DNA of 64,000 bases from Gammaproteobacteria bacterium (lineage in GTDB: Bacteria > Pseudomonadota > Gammaproteobacteria > UBA4575), in NCBI GenBank assembly GCA_965220875.1, contig OZ244849.1, positions 1,466,401 to 1,530,400 of the forward strand, given 5' to 3'. Below, one piece after another: positions 47,940 to 58,830 of this stretch. Within the stretch, counting starts at the first letter, position 1, and each line of letters starts with the position of its first letter. Below the pieces are notes generated by a model. The model was not told the origin of the DNA, ran no database searches, and saw only the letters and a program-made list of their open reading frames with translations. Both the position numbers and the translations under genes were made by a program.

Positions 47940-49361
47940 ATGAAACTACAAGCATGCAGACAGGTTTTCTGGGTCATTTTTTTGCTGCTCTTTTTTCTGC
48001 CCGTGGCGGCTGAGGAAACCGCCTCTGATGAGAATGAGGCCCTGCGCCAGCATATTGAGCACCTGGAGCAGGAGTTGGCGAAGGCCCGGGAAAAGCTTGC
48101 CGAGGTGGAATCCCAGAAAGAAGGCGGTGCACAACCGGTTGTGCTCGAGGAGCCGGCTGAACCAGAACAACGCCCGGTCCGGATCGGCGGCGCCCTGGGC
48201 ATACACTACGCATACGGCGATTATGAACATGACGGCTCCTTTGCACGCCGCAACGAAGACCTGGGAGACGTGGATCTTGATATCTTCCGCCTGAACGCCG
48301 ATATCGAGTCCGGCAACCTCATCGGCAGAATCGAGTACCGGTGGTATGACCCGTACAGCATGATGCACACTGCGTGGCTGGGATACGATTCGGAGCGTTA
48401 CGGCACGTTCAAGGCGGGTATCGTTCGCGTTCCCTTCGGTCCGGGACCGTGGGGAGTGTCCACCAGCTGGTTCTTTGACCAGCATTATTACGTCGGGCTT
48501 TCCGATGACATGGACCTGGGTATCCGATGGACCAAGTCCTTTGGAGACCTGACCGTCGATCTTGCCTACTACGTCGAGGACGAAGGGGAGTGGGACGGAA
48601 CCAGTCGTGATAGCTCACGCTACAGCTATGACCTAGTGACGTGGGATGAGCAGACCTACTATGAGGGTGAGCTGGACTCAGAGGGTGTGGCCCGGTCAGA
48701 GGGTGACGTCAAGTGGGGCGAAGGGGAAAACGGGTTTGAGGAAGACGGTCAATTGAACCTGCGGGTACTCTACGCGACGGAAAACCTCGGAACCCTGGGA
48801 GCCTCCTTTCAATACGGCTGGCTGAAGGGGAAAAACGTGGACGACAGTGGCGCAGACCATTACGCGATCTCCGCCCACGCCGAGAATTCGTTTGGGAATT
48901 TCACGCTTGCATCACAGATTTCCTACTACAAGTACGACATTACCGACGACACCCCGTGGGGAACCGGCGACCTGATCCCCATGGGGGCGTTCAACTTTGC
49001 CTGGCCCGTGGCATCCGAGGGCTGGGTACCCGCCTTATCCCTTCGATACAACGGCATCGACACGTCAGGCATCCCGTGGCTTGAAAGCGTTATGCCCTAC
49101 CTCGAGTGGAGCTCCATCCTGAAAGAGCGAAGCGATTTCAATGACAGCACCCTGTGGACACTGGGCGCCCTGTGGTACTGGGGCAACCTGTATATCTATA
49201 CCGATCTTGGGATCTCCGACGGCAATTATTTCGTCGGTGACAAGGGTGACAGCTACAGCAACATCTATGATGGCGTCGGCGACTTCGGTGCCAGCGGCAA
49301 TGACCGGTGGAAGAAGCGATTCAACATCAACGCCCGGTATTACTTCAGCCTGTTCAACTAG
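47940..49361 (+). CDS. Outer-membrane beta-barrel protein
   Basis: Signal peptide MKLQACRQVFWVIFLLLFFLPVAA; alternating amphipathic strands rich in Y/W/G; C-terminal ...YYFSLFN. Confidence 0.5.
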   Translation: MKLQACRQVFWVIFLLLFFLPVAAEETASDENEALRQHIEHLEQELAKAREKLAEVESQKEGGAQPVVLEEPAEPEQRPVRIGGALGIHYAYGDYEHDGSFARRNEDLGDVDLDIFRLNADIESGNLIGRIEYRWYDPYSMMHTAWLGYDSERYGTFKAGIVRVPFGPGPWGVSTSWFFDQHYYVGLSDDMDLGIRWTKSFGDLTVDLAYYVEDEGEWDGTSRDSSRYSYDLVTWDEQTYYEGELDSEGVARSEGDVKWGEGENGFEEDGQLNLRVLYATENLGTLGASFQYGWLKGKNVDDSGADHYAISAHAENSFGNFTLASQISYYKYDITDDTPWGTGDLIPMGAFNFAWPVASEGWVPALSLRYNGIDTSGIPWLESVMPYLEWSSILKERSDFNDSTLWTLGALWYWGNLYIYTDLGISDGNYFVGDKGDSYSNIYDGVGDFGASGNDRWKKRFNINARYYFSLFN

Positions 49362-50358
49362 CCTGTGAACGAATTTTCTACCGCCGATTAAGGTCCCGAT
49401 GGCTGTTCACCATATAATGACAATGGCTAGCTTTTTGATAGGGAATTATGTAGTAAAACCTGCAAGGGATTTCGGTGGAGTTGTCTTTTGACCATATAGT
49501 TTGCATACCTATTTCTAAGTTTCTTTGATGTACCCACAAATCGCTGATGAGTTATGGGGAAATTCGAAAAACTCTTGACCCGCATTCTTCAAGGGAGGTC
49601 TGATACTGAGATACCCTTTGCTGACTTATGTAACCTTCCTGAACGGCTTGGGTTTTAAACAAGGATTCGGGGTAGTCACCATATGTTCAGGAAAGCAGGC
49701 CTTAAATAGATTATTAATCTGCAGCAAACAGGTAGGAAAGCAAAACCTTGCCCGGTATGCCAGGGGACAGGTGGACTGGCAGTTCACAACCAAAGACACG
49801 CGACTGAAACTGAAACGATTCTACCCGACACTTGGGGTATGACAGGACACTAGTGACATTCACAGGATTCCAAGATCCTTACAGCATTGGTTTAGTCGGG
49901 GAGGAACAAACAGGCCGGTCCGCACGTGTTTGTACGCATCGCCGTTGTCGGGGAGGCCTTCAGTATCCGTGTCCTTTTCAGGCCCAGGGTATAATGGGAG
50001 GGACTCGGCTTTGCCTTTGCGACAACATGGGAAAAACTGGCAACGGGTTTCCATGACCATAACATCAACCATGTTCTTGAGTGGATTGAAAATCAGACCG
50101 GGCTCTTTGTCAGCTAATACCTGCGGGTAACGCTGAAGCCTGTCAAAGAGCCCGGCTAGACAGCACCGTGGATAAGCAGTTATCATTGACTTGGCAGTGA
50201 TGCCCTCGCGTCTTCACACAGGCTTCACAATCTCCTGCTAGACTAGCAACCAGTTCACCTGTCAGTACAAAAAACTGATCCACGTCTCCATGTCGTCAGG
50301 CTCCATGTACGGCCCGGCACGAAACGACGATGGTCCTTGACAAGCCGGAGTTTCCTTC

Positions 50359-51597
50359 ATGTCGCCTGTAAGCCCAATACTCAATCTGCTCCTGATCGTG
50401 CTCTGCGCGCTTGCTGCCCTGTTCTTTATGCGTTCGAAAATGGCCAAGGGGGACTCTTGGCACGCGACTCTCACCCCTCTTTCCTCGATCATCGGCAGCG
50501 GGTTTCTCATCATGGCCCCCTTGCTGGCAAGCATCGTGGGTCCTCTCGCCCCGGTGGCGATCCTCGGAATCGTCCTTCTGGCCTATACGATCGGTCATGT
50601 CATCCGGTTCAATATCCTTCATGTCGAGCCGCATCTCGCCGATGGGCGACTCTATCGGGGCACGCGCGAGATTGAGTATCTTAGCAACGTCGTCCTCGCC
50701 GTTGCGTACGTCATCGCGGTTGCCTTCTACCTGTCCCTGCTGTCGAGCTTTCTGCTTGCCTATGCTGGTATTGACGACCCGCGCTTGGAACGCGGGCTGA
50801 CGACGGTTATGATTGCTTTCATCGTCAGCGTCGGATATCTCAAGGGGTTGGCAGGGCTGGAACGCCTGGAAAGCGTCTCGATCACGATCCAGCTCTGCGT
50901 GATCGTCTCTCTCGTCACTGGTCTTGCGATCTTTGGTTTCGGGTTCTTGCCCGGCAGGGAAATCCATCTCGACTATCCGCAAAGGGATGTATTCACGCAG
51001 CTTCAGATGCTTGCCGGGGCTCTTCTCGTGGTGCAGGGATTCGAGACTTCGCGCTTCCTCGGAGAAAAGTACAGCCGGCAGATCCGAGTGACGAGCATGA
51101 GGAATGCCCAGATCATCTCCGGGATCATCTACATCGTTACTGTCATCCTGCTGATGCCGGTGGTGCAGGACATGGACTTGGTCCATATCAGGCTGTCCGA
51201 GATCATCGATGCCATGGCGCCGGTGGCCCTGATCCTGCCGGTCATGCTGATGATTGCGGCACTGACGAGCCAGTTCAGTGCTGCAGTGGCTGACATGGGT
51301 GGCGGTGGTGGCTTGCTGCAGGAGAACAGTCACGGCCGGCTCTCGGCTAGGATGGGCTATGTCACGGTTGCAGTTGCCGCAATCCTGCTGGTCTGGGCTG
51401 TCGACCTGCTGGAGATTGTCGCACTCGCGTCCAGAGCTTTTGCAGCCTACTACTTCCTGCAGACGCTACTTGCTCTTGTTTATAATTTCAGGGATTCCCC
51501 GCCGCATTCGAGACTGAGGCTGATCGACGAATGCCTGTTCTTTGCGCTCGCCCTTGTCCTTGCATATATCATCGTATTCTCGATCCCCGCGAAATGA
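50359..51597 (+). CDS. Polytopic integral membrane protein (about 11 TM helices), function unknown
   Basis: 412 aa, hydrophobic throughout; GGGGG loop. Confidence 0.55.
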   Translation: MSPVSPILNLLLIVLCALAALFFMRSKMAKGDSWHATLTPLSSIIGSGFLIMAPLLASIVGPLAPVAILGIVLLAYTIGHVIRFNILHVEPHLADGRLYRGTREIEYLSNVVLAVAYVIAVAFYLSLLSSFLLAYAGIDDPRLERGLTTVMIAFIVSVGYLKGLAGLERLESVSITIQLCVIVSLVTGLAIFGFGFLPGREIHLDYPQRDVFTQLQMLAGALLVVQGFETSRFLGEKYSRQIRVTSMRNAQIISGIIYIVTVILLMPVVQDMDLVHIRLSEIIDAMAPVALILPVMLMIAALTSQFSAAVADMGGGGGLLQENSHGRLSARMGYVTVAVAAILLVWAVDLLEIVALASRAFAAYYFLQTLLALVYNFRDSPPHSRLRLIDECLFFALALVLAYIIVFSIPAK

Positions 51598-51700
51598 CCA
51601 GTCGACAAACCGGATGGGCGGAGGATACGGGCACGCACGAGGTGACGGTACACTTGCCCCGGAACAAATTACCTGTGCCCAGAAAGGACCCGCTGCACAA

Positions 51701-51777
51701 TGGTCGGAGTGAGAGGATTTGAACCTCCGACCACCGCAACCCCATTGCGGTGCTCTACCAAGCTGCGCTATTCCCCG
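51701..51777 (-). tRNA. tRNA-Pro (anticodon GGG) with two mismatches at the base of the acceptor stem
   Basis: Reverse complement CGGGGAAUAGCGCAGCUUGGUAGAGCACCGCAAUGGGGUUGCGGUGGUCGGAGGUUCAAAUCCUCUCACUCCGACCA has the general tRNA-Pro cloverleaf layout; anticodon loop AUGGGGU; positions 6-7 do not pair with 66-67. Confidence 0.6.
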
Positions 51778-52249
51778 TTACCAAGTGTGCACTTGATACA
51801 CGGGAGAATCTTAGCAAAGTGTGGATGATGCGCCGCTGCCATGATTCAGGTCAATGGCAGTGCAGGGTTCAGTGTACTGCAGAAGCCCCCTGCCTAGACA
51901 ACTTCAGGACCAGCCTGTCAGACAGCCTCTTGAGCCTGCCATTGCTCAGTATCAGGATGTTATCACCCTTTTGCAAATCTCCTACCAGCAGCGTAATGAT
52001 CCCATTTGGGTAACGCTAAGGGACAACGCGCGATGTCGATCTTTATAAGAAATTTACCCTGAGCTTCGCTGTCACACTGCTGTAGACTGTTAGTGGAGCA
52101 GGTAGCCAATCTATAGTTCATGCGGGGTTCAGCCTGTAAACCGGTCGGCTATCTTATTAATTTTGTAAGCCATGAAACGACATGGCAAGTTGATTGAAAT
52201 CAATTTAGGGTGTTCAAAAGATAACTGGAGAATAATTTTACGAAATTGT

Positions 52250-52561
52250 TTATTCGACAGAATTTGGCACAGGCACATGGGGTGGCTTACATACAAACCA
52301 GACGGAGTTTTCTGAAACTTTCTCTAGATCAACGCTGAATTTATGTGGGTTCAACCAGTTGCCACACATGACTACTATCTCTCTCTCCCATGCATTGATA
52401 TTGGTAGTTGTGGCAGAGCCTTGTAATTCTATGCGATAAATATTTCCACCAAGCTTTTCAACGCTCTTCACAGTGGCGGCAGATGGTGGGGGTGTGAGCC
52501 AAGATAATTGTTGACATCCTGACAAGGCGAAAGCAATCAATACCAGGATTATTTTCTTCAT
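52250..52561 (-). CDS. Small lipoprotein
   Basis: MKKIILVLIAFALSGC lipobox. Confidence 0.5.
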   Translation of the reverse strand: MKKIILVLIAFALSGCQQLSWLTPPPSAATVKSVEKLGGNIYRIELQGSATTTNINAWEREIVVMCGNWLNPHKFSVDLEKVSENSVWFVCKPPHVPVPNSVE

Positions 52562-52912
52562 GTCTTTCCTCTATTTATCCAACGAGGTCGTCGAGGGCTC
52601 GGACCGGCGAGTCAGTTTTTTACGAACGTGCCTCATGCGAAAGTGGCCTGCTGGGTTGCTGCAGGTTGACAGTGAATCGACCCATAAAAATTCAGCTTGA
52701 GTTGCACTTGGGTGCCTGAAAATCTTTCCATACCTGCCTCCGGTCAAATTTCCCTTTCTATGGGAGGCAGATATAATACACACCTGCTGCTCGTTCGAGC
52801 AAACGGGTGGTTCAAGAACCAGAAGCCAGCATTCGTGTTCTGGCTTCTCGGTTTCTGAGATTATATTACCTTGTCGAGCCTGTTTATTTCAAACGGATAT
52901 ACTACCTCTCAT

Positions 52913-53758
52913 TCAATCTCGCTTGCCTCCGTATGCGCCCTGCAACCCCTGGGGGTGATCGAATACCCCGCCTACCTCCTCGTGGTCAGGACCGTAGAAC
53001 GCACCCGATAACCGGTTATTGTCGGCGTGATAGCGGCTGAATTGCCCTTCCTCTACCGTCATGTTCTCAAAAATCATATCGGTATAAGCCTGTCCGGTGG
53101 TGACATTGGACATGCCCGTCAAATGCACATCCGCCAATACCTGTTCGCCGATACTCACGGATATGCTGGCACCTCCCGTCACGACAGATTCGAGATCGTT
53201 TGCAATATTGTGATCCCTTGCCGTGGCAAAGCCTGTCCAGGTGGCCTCCACCTCGGGATTGGTATTCGTTGTATTCCCGGCTATGGTGCCGTAGGTTTGG
53301 ATGACCCCCTGGTCCGGGTCGATGTCAGCCCTCCAAAGCACTACTGTCGATGCAAAGAAACTGTACTCCATCCAGCCTCCGTAGCTGTGAAGATAAGCGA
53401 AGTTGTCGACGTAACGTTCTATTGCCGTATTGATGCCGTTGGTATCCGGCAGTAACGTGAGTTCTTCAGGCAGTAGGCGGAAAACCTTGTTTGCACGCAG
53501 GAAAGCCGAGTAGCCTACCGAACAATACAGGCCCTTGCATTCCACGGAAACACGTTCAGGCTCTGTTTGACCAGGCACCCAGTTGATTCTGTCCGTGGAA
53601 AGCAGAAGATTGGCGTTCGAGGCGATCCGCTCATAGTCCTGGATCGCAACGTATTCAGGTGGAGGAATGGGGATGTCACTGGACCCACTACCACCCATGC
53701 AGCCGACGACCAGTACACACAGTGCGAGCATGATGCAGAATTTTATGCCCGGTTCCAT
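52913..53758 (-). CDS. Surface lipoprotein with TbpB/fHbp-like C-terminal beta-barrel (paralog of 45424-46260)
   Basis: Lipobox LALCVLVVGCMGGSG; C-terminus SGAFYGPDHEEVGGVFDHPQGLQGAYGGKRD; collinear with the 45424 protein. Confidence 0.6.
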   Translation of the reverse strand: MEPGIKFCIMLALCVLVVGCMGGSGSSDIPIPPPEYVAIQDYERIASNANLLLSTDRINWVPGQTEPERVSVECKGLYCSVGYSAFLRANKVFRLLPEELTLLPDTNGINTAIERYVDNFAYLHSYGGWMEYSFFASTVVLWRADIDPDQGVIQTYGTIAGNTTNTNPEVEATWTGFATARDHNIANDLESVVTGGASISVSIGEQVLADVHLTGMSNVTTGQAYTDMIFENMTVEEGQFSRYHADNNRLSGAFYGPDHEEVGGVFDHPQGLQGAYGGKRD

Positions 53759-54602
53759 TCTCTTCTTGTTGTTTGTCACGAGATCACTAAACCTACGTTC
53801 TACTTCTCCGATGGTGATACCACTGCACACAAGAGAGACGCAGGACGTAGTGCAATGGCCTTGCGTTGCGAAATCAAGGAGGATTTCACAATATAACTCG
53901 ACTAATGTGCAGGCAGTATATCATACGGGGCACGATTGAATATAATCCCCTTGTATATGGCAGATGGCAGCCATCAATGTATGAGAGCTACTATATAAAC
54001 ATGAACTTGCAAGGGGACTTTGGAGATCATGCAGTGCATAAGGATGGATGGGGGCATATGCCCGCAGATCGCCTGTATCTCTGGGCGTTCATTCTCTATC
54101 ACCCTGCAGTCGAACAGGCAAGATATCCGAGTTATCACACGGTGAACGGATGCTGCAGGTACTGCAAGGCATGCCACATAGAACAGGTGGTATAGCAGTT
54201 TCAGGGACTGCAACGGGCGGTAATCTGGCCTAGACGGCTGATGATCCGGTAATAGATTCTCATATGATGGCATTCATGGGCCCTTGATACAAAGGAACTC
54301 CGAGTTGTATTATTAGGATGGAAATTTTCTCTATCTGCCATGCTACTTTATGGAATCCGGTTTCAAGCACTAGAGGTCCGATGGGACTGGCTGCAATCCT
54401 GCAGTCCTGGCACCAGCACCGTCGGTGCCCCTGAGGCCCGGCTGCCGCCAGGTCACCTCCTTTCTGTGCATGTGCCTGGCGGTGACTGGCTCCTTGTTTT
54501 TTTGGGCTCAACCATTCAACATGCATCAGTACATCCACCTTTAACTGCGGCAACGAATACAGTTATACTGCTTGACACAGCATTCAAGTGTTAAGAAAGG
54601 AT

Positions 54603-55052
54603 ATGGAGAATATAAGCGAAGAGACAAGACAGATTCTCAAGGATACAGAACATGTCTTTTGGGGCCAGCAGCTGGAAGTCTCCCGCCGCATGTATGAAAT
54701 CTTGTTTGAAAAATATCCGGAGACAAAAACACTTTTTAAACAATTCAAATCTCATCAGCCCAACATGTTTTCCGGAGCCTTGATGGCGTGCATGCTGAGC
54801 TTGGATGACCCGGAAGTGCTGTTAAGTTTTCGGGTGGGCATTGCACGTAGCCATGTCAAGGCAGGAGTAAAAGAAGAACACTACCCGATGATGGCGGATG
54901 CGTTGATCCGTGCCATGCGGGAGTTGCTCAGTGACCGGATGGATGAGAAAGCTATCCGTGCATGGGAAAGATGGTTTGATTTTCTTGCTGTCCTGTTGAT
55001 CGAAAGGGAACGGGAGCACTACCAGAAGGTTAAACCGTTGTTTCCCGAGTAG
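54603..55052 (+). CDS. Single-domain bacterial globin
   Basis: About 150 aa; resembles bacterial single-domain globins, with a proximal-His region HYPMMADALIRAMREL. Confidence 0.55.
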   Translation: MENISEETRQILKDTEHVFWGQQLEVSRRMYEILFEKYPETKTLFKQFKSHQPNMFSGALMACMLSLDDPEVLLSFRVGIARSHVKAGVKEEHYPMMADALIRAMRELLSDRMDEKAIRAWERWFDFLAVLLIEREREHYQKVKPLFPE

Positions 55053-55432
55053 GTTAAACACCACATCTTGTGGAGCAGGTTCTTGTGTGTCTACAGTCCG
55101 TTCCACTCAGGCATGCTTCCTTGTGGCGGATTTGAAGGGAACGGACAAACCCTTCGCATCATTACCCACCTGGAGTCTTATCACGAAGAACATGGAATGA
55201 ACCTGACCCAGCGCGCTGGGTCTTGTCAAGTATCCGGCGCTACCATGATGTAGTGGACTGGCGTTCCTATCCCAAAGAATCTGATGTCTACAAAAAAACC
55301 AAGGAGCAAGGCTGTACTGATGAGGAAGCCATAGGCAAGGCTAAAGCAGCCAGCAGCACCAGTCTGTCTTCCTCGTTATTTGTTGTAGACGATTAAAAAC
55401 TGCCGAAGTGTTATCTCGACACGGAGCATGAT

Positions 55433-56175
55433 TTGGTTGTCAACTGGGTTGCTCGTGATATAGGCGACTGGGAGCACATAGCGTTTGTTGAAAAGACTGA
55501 AGAAAGGGAGTTGAATGGAAAGACGACGTGCAAATCCCTGGACTCTTCAATTATGGAAATGGCTGATGATATTGCATATGGCATCCATGATCTTGAGGAT
55601 GCTGTAAGTCTCAGGTTTGTTAACAAACAACTGTTTGAAGAAGAGGTCAGAAAATTTCTTTTGAAGCCGCTTCTGTCCGAGCATTTTGGATCGTTGGACA
55701 ATGATGCATATGGTCGTTGGCTGAGCCTTCTTTTTTCAAGCGAAACTTTCGGCGTAAAAAAGTCATAGGGCAGCTTGTGAGTTACTGCCTGCAGAATGTA
55801 TATCTTGATCATGTGAATGAAAATGGGTTTTCATGTTCAATGTTTCGTTTTCAAGCCAAATTGAAAAAACCGGCAAAAGATCTTCCGGAGAAACTGAAAG
55901 GCCTTGTACGCAGGCATGTGATCCGCCAGACACCGGTACAGCAGCTGGAGTTCAAGCATCAGAAAATCATTACTGAGTTGTTTTATGCGTTTGCCACGGA
56001 CCCGGAGCGTCTGTTGGAGCGCCAGCACTATGAAAAGACAACCCGGGCAGGGGGTCCTGTGCCCACCGAACGAGTGATCTGTGATTACATTGCTGGGATG
56101 ACAGATGAATCTGCCACAAGGCGGTATCAGCAGCTCTTTGAGCCACGGATAGGCTCTGTCTTTGACAGGTTGTGA
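55433..56175 (+). pseudogene. dgt: dGTP triphosphohydrolase (Dgt-like) C-terminal remnant, frameshifted
   Basis: MADDIAYGIHDLEDAV and C-terminal ERVICDYIAGMTDESATRRYQQLF motifs across two frames; N-terminal HD region absent. Confidence 0.6.
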
Positions 56176-56190
56176 TGGCATTCTCCTGAA

Positions 56191-56853
56191 ATGTCTAATA
56201 TGCAAACTCTCACAACAAAACAACAACGTATATTTCAGTGGATCAACGATGAACTTGAGCTCCCGGTTTATGCCGATGTATTTAAAAGTGCTGTCTTTAG
56301 TTTAAACCTGAAATCCTTTGGGTATATAACGTTCGTGGCTCATGCGGGCAGAGATATCATGAACGGCCTAGCCCACGAGTACAAAGGAGGGCAGCGAAAG
56401 CAGGTTGACTATACGAAAGATGCGGACAGCCTTGCAGAAGTTTGGAATGGCAAGTGGGGAGGGTCAGCCGGGTCTCTTGATAGCAAAGAACCTCTCGCTT
56501 GGGAAATACCTAATGAGGTATGCAAAAAGGTAAAGGCACTGATTGATAACCACAAAGCTGAGCGAAAAAGAAGTGAATTTACTGATCGGCTCTTCTTTGC
56601 CACGTTTCTCGATTATGATGATATTGAAAATATCCCAAAGAATTATGAAGCGGAGTGGAAGAAGACGAAACAGTGGTTCCTGAAACATATACATATTCGG
56701 AGAGACGAGTATAAGCCAGAAGTGAAAGAGGAGATTGTCAAGCATTTTCAAATTTTAGAGACATATCTTTATACTGCTGCCTTGCAGCCGATTCGAGCAA
56801 ATACAAGAACTAGATGGAATCCTGGAACAAGCCAACAGATGACGAGGTACTAA
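56191..56853 (+). CDS. Hypothetical protein
   Basis: 220 aa ORF, low GC. Confidence 0.45.
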   Translation: MSNMQTLTTKQQRIFQWINDELELPVYADVFKSAVFSLNLKSFGYITFVAHAGRDIMNGLAHEYKGGQRKQVDYTKDADSLAEVWNGKWGGSAGSLDSKEPLAWEIPNEVCKKVKALIDNHKAERKRSEFTDRLFFATFLDYDDIENIPKNYEAEWKKTKQWFLKHIHIRRDEYKPEVKEEIVKHFQILETYLYTAALQPIRANTRTRWNPGTSQQMTRY

Positions 56854-57719
56854 AAGCTCTTGAATCCATAAAAACGGACAAGAGCCGCCAGTATTTCTTT
56901 TCAAAACTAAAGAATCCACTCTGGATCAAGCCGCTTGAGGAAAAAGGATTCTTCAGAAATCCTCCTGTGCCCCAGAAAACGCCGGATGGATACATCCACC
57001 CGTTTGGGCCTGAACTTCAATATCTGAAGAATGTTGCCGGTGAAGATCCAGATCAAGTGGTAAGTGTTGTTTCTGGCATTGATTTAACGGATAACCTTCG
57101 ACTGATCCAGGATGTAATCGATATTGTGCTCAATGTCGAAGCATCGATTTCAACCCAGCTCAAATCCAAAATAATTGATTACGTTCGGTGTCAAAGTTTT
57201 ATCACAATCTTCCATTTGGACGATGTGCTTCGTCATTGGGCTGATGATGGCCAAACTGAACCAGCCTTGGAGCTGGCTGCAGCACTTATTAGATTTAAAG
57301 CAGATCCGCAGGCCGGTCGTCCACAACCACTCTTCAGGACATGGGAGTACCAGGAGATCTTGGAAAAGGGTGTTCAAGCTTTGGCGGACTCTGAGCCGTA
57401 TCAAACTGCTCGAGTACTGATTAAAGCCGTAGGAAATATGATTTACCAAAGGTTTGATCAAACCCAGCTTGAAAGGCTTGGAGAAAGAGATTATTCAAAT
57501 GCTTGGTGTGTACGCGTATTTGAAACAGACAAGGAATATAAAAGTTCAGATGAATGTCTTGTTCATGCGTTAACCCATGCCTGTGAAAGGGTATTTGAGA
57601 AAACACCGGAGTTGGCATCTAAGCTGGAAAAAATATTAAGAGACCAGCGGTGGCACATCTTCACACGCATTCGCCACCATCTTTTCTCACTGCATCCAAA
57701 CAAAGAAACTGAACCCTGA
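56814..57719 (+). CDS. Hypothetical protein
   Basis: 301 aa ORF overlapping the upstream gene by 40 nt. Confidence 0.45.
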   Translation: MESWNKPTDDEVLKALESIKTDKSRQYFFSKLKNPLWIKPLEEKGFFRNPPVPQKTPDGYIHPFGPELQYLKNVAGEDPDQVVSVVSGIDLTDNLRLIQDVIDIVLNVEASISTQLKSKIIDYVRCQSFITIFHLDDVLRHWADDGQTEPALELAAALIRFKADPQAGRPQPLFRTWEYQEILEKGVQALADSEPYQTARVLIKAVGNMIYQRFDQTQLERLGERDYSNAWCVRVFETDKEYKSSDECLVHALTHACERVFEKTPELASKLEKILRDQRWHIFTRIRHHLFSLHPNKETEP

Positions 57720-57728
57720 ATTCGGGAG

Positions 57729-58700
57729 ATGATTCTCTCACATGAAGATTACAGTAAGTGGCCGTACCACTTTGAGTTTCAACGCATGACCTGCTCTTCA
57801 TGTGAAGCGTTTGGTGAAGATTTTCTCACTGTCGATGACAGAGAAAGGATATTTGAAGCTATTTTGAGCGGACCCTCCAAGCAGGATTTCCAGGAGCAGG
57901 CTGGGGACAAATTTACTGAAGAACTTTTCGAGGGTAGAAAATCCCGTTTCCACACGATGCAGCTAAGACCATTTGGTTCTGTGCTTTTTGGGAAATATCT
58001 GGACTACTTCCAGGAATTGGAAAACAAGAGCCGCGAAACAATCAAGGACATTGACTACCCACCTTACATGCCTGAAGGCTTTGTCCGGGTAGGGGAGTGT
58101 AGTCCAAAGTCAAACGAGGAATTGAAGCAGATGAAAGACGGGGAGATTCTTTCATACATCAATAACTGGCAAGATGCTCATTATGACTCTGAAACATTTT
58201 CAAGACATATAAGTATTTCAGGGTTTGCCGACGAATTTCAATCAGTCTTTAAAGAAGCGATTATCCCTGACAGTGAACGTCTGCGTTTCTGGGTCGCGAA
58301 CAGGAGCAAAATCAAAAGACCTATTTATATTCAGGCAATAATTTCTGCTATACGCAAAGATGTAGAACTAAAAAATTTTGAAGAGCTCAGCTGTTGGTTC
58401 AAGCTCTGTGAGTGGGTTCTACGTCATCAAGATCACCTAAGGGAAGAAGGTACCGATTATAGTGATGAGTCGGTAGAGAACCCGGGTTGGAACAGTTCAA
58501 GACGAGCAGTGGGCGATTTTATCGAAAGCTGCCTGAAGGATGGGGTCGATGTCCCTCTCTGTGCCCGCGAAGACATCGCCGCTTTATTGGACATGCTTTG
58601 CACTCAATATGATTGGCGGCTGGATGAGAACAAGCCTGTATTTCAGGATTTGGATGAACCGCTTACCGAGGAAATTAATGGGGATTATATACCTAAGTAA
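57729..58700 (+). CDS. Hypothetical protein
   Basis: 323 aa ORF, same strand, 9-bp spacing from the previous ORF. Confidence 0.45.
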   Translation: MILSHEDYSKWPYHFEFQRMTCSSCEAFGEDFLTVDDRERIFEAILSGPSKQDFQEQAGDKFTEELFEGRKSRFHTMQLRPFGSVLFGKYLDYFQELENKSRETIKDIDYPPYMPEGFVRVGECSPKSNEELKQMKDGEILSYINNWQDAHYDSETFSRHISISGFADEFQSVFKEAIIPDSERLRFWVANRSKIKRPIYIQAIISAIRKDVELKNFEELSCWFKLCEWVLRHQDHLREEGTDYSDESVENPGWNSSRRAVGDFIESCLKDGVDVPLCAREDIAALLDMLCTQYDWRLDENKPVFQDLDEPLTEEINGDYIPK

Positions 58701-58830
58701 CTGAGATTGTTGATTTTTGTTCGTTACTGTAATATAATTATTTACATTATAGTAACGTTAAAAAGTAAGGAAAATGAGTACGAAAGCACCAAAAGCACCA
58801 GGAAAATCATACAGAGAAGGTATTTCACTT

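Noticed and set aside
50296-51333. 345-aa minus-strand ORF overlapping the membrane protein gene 50359-51597
   Set aside because: Antisense to a convincingly hydrophobic, codon-consistent plus-strand gene; the translation is His/Asp/Arg-rich with no features.
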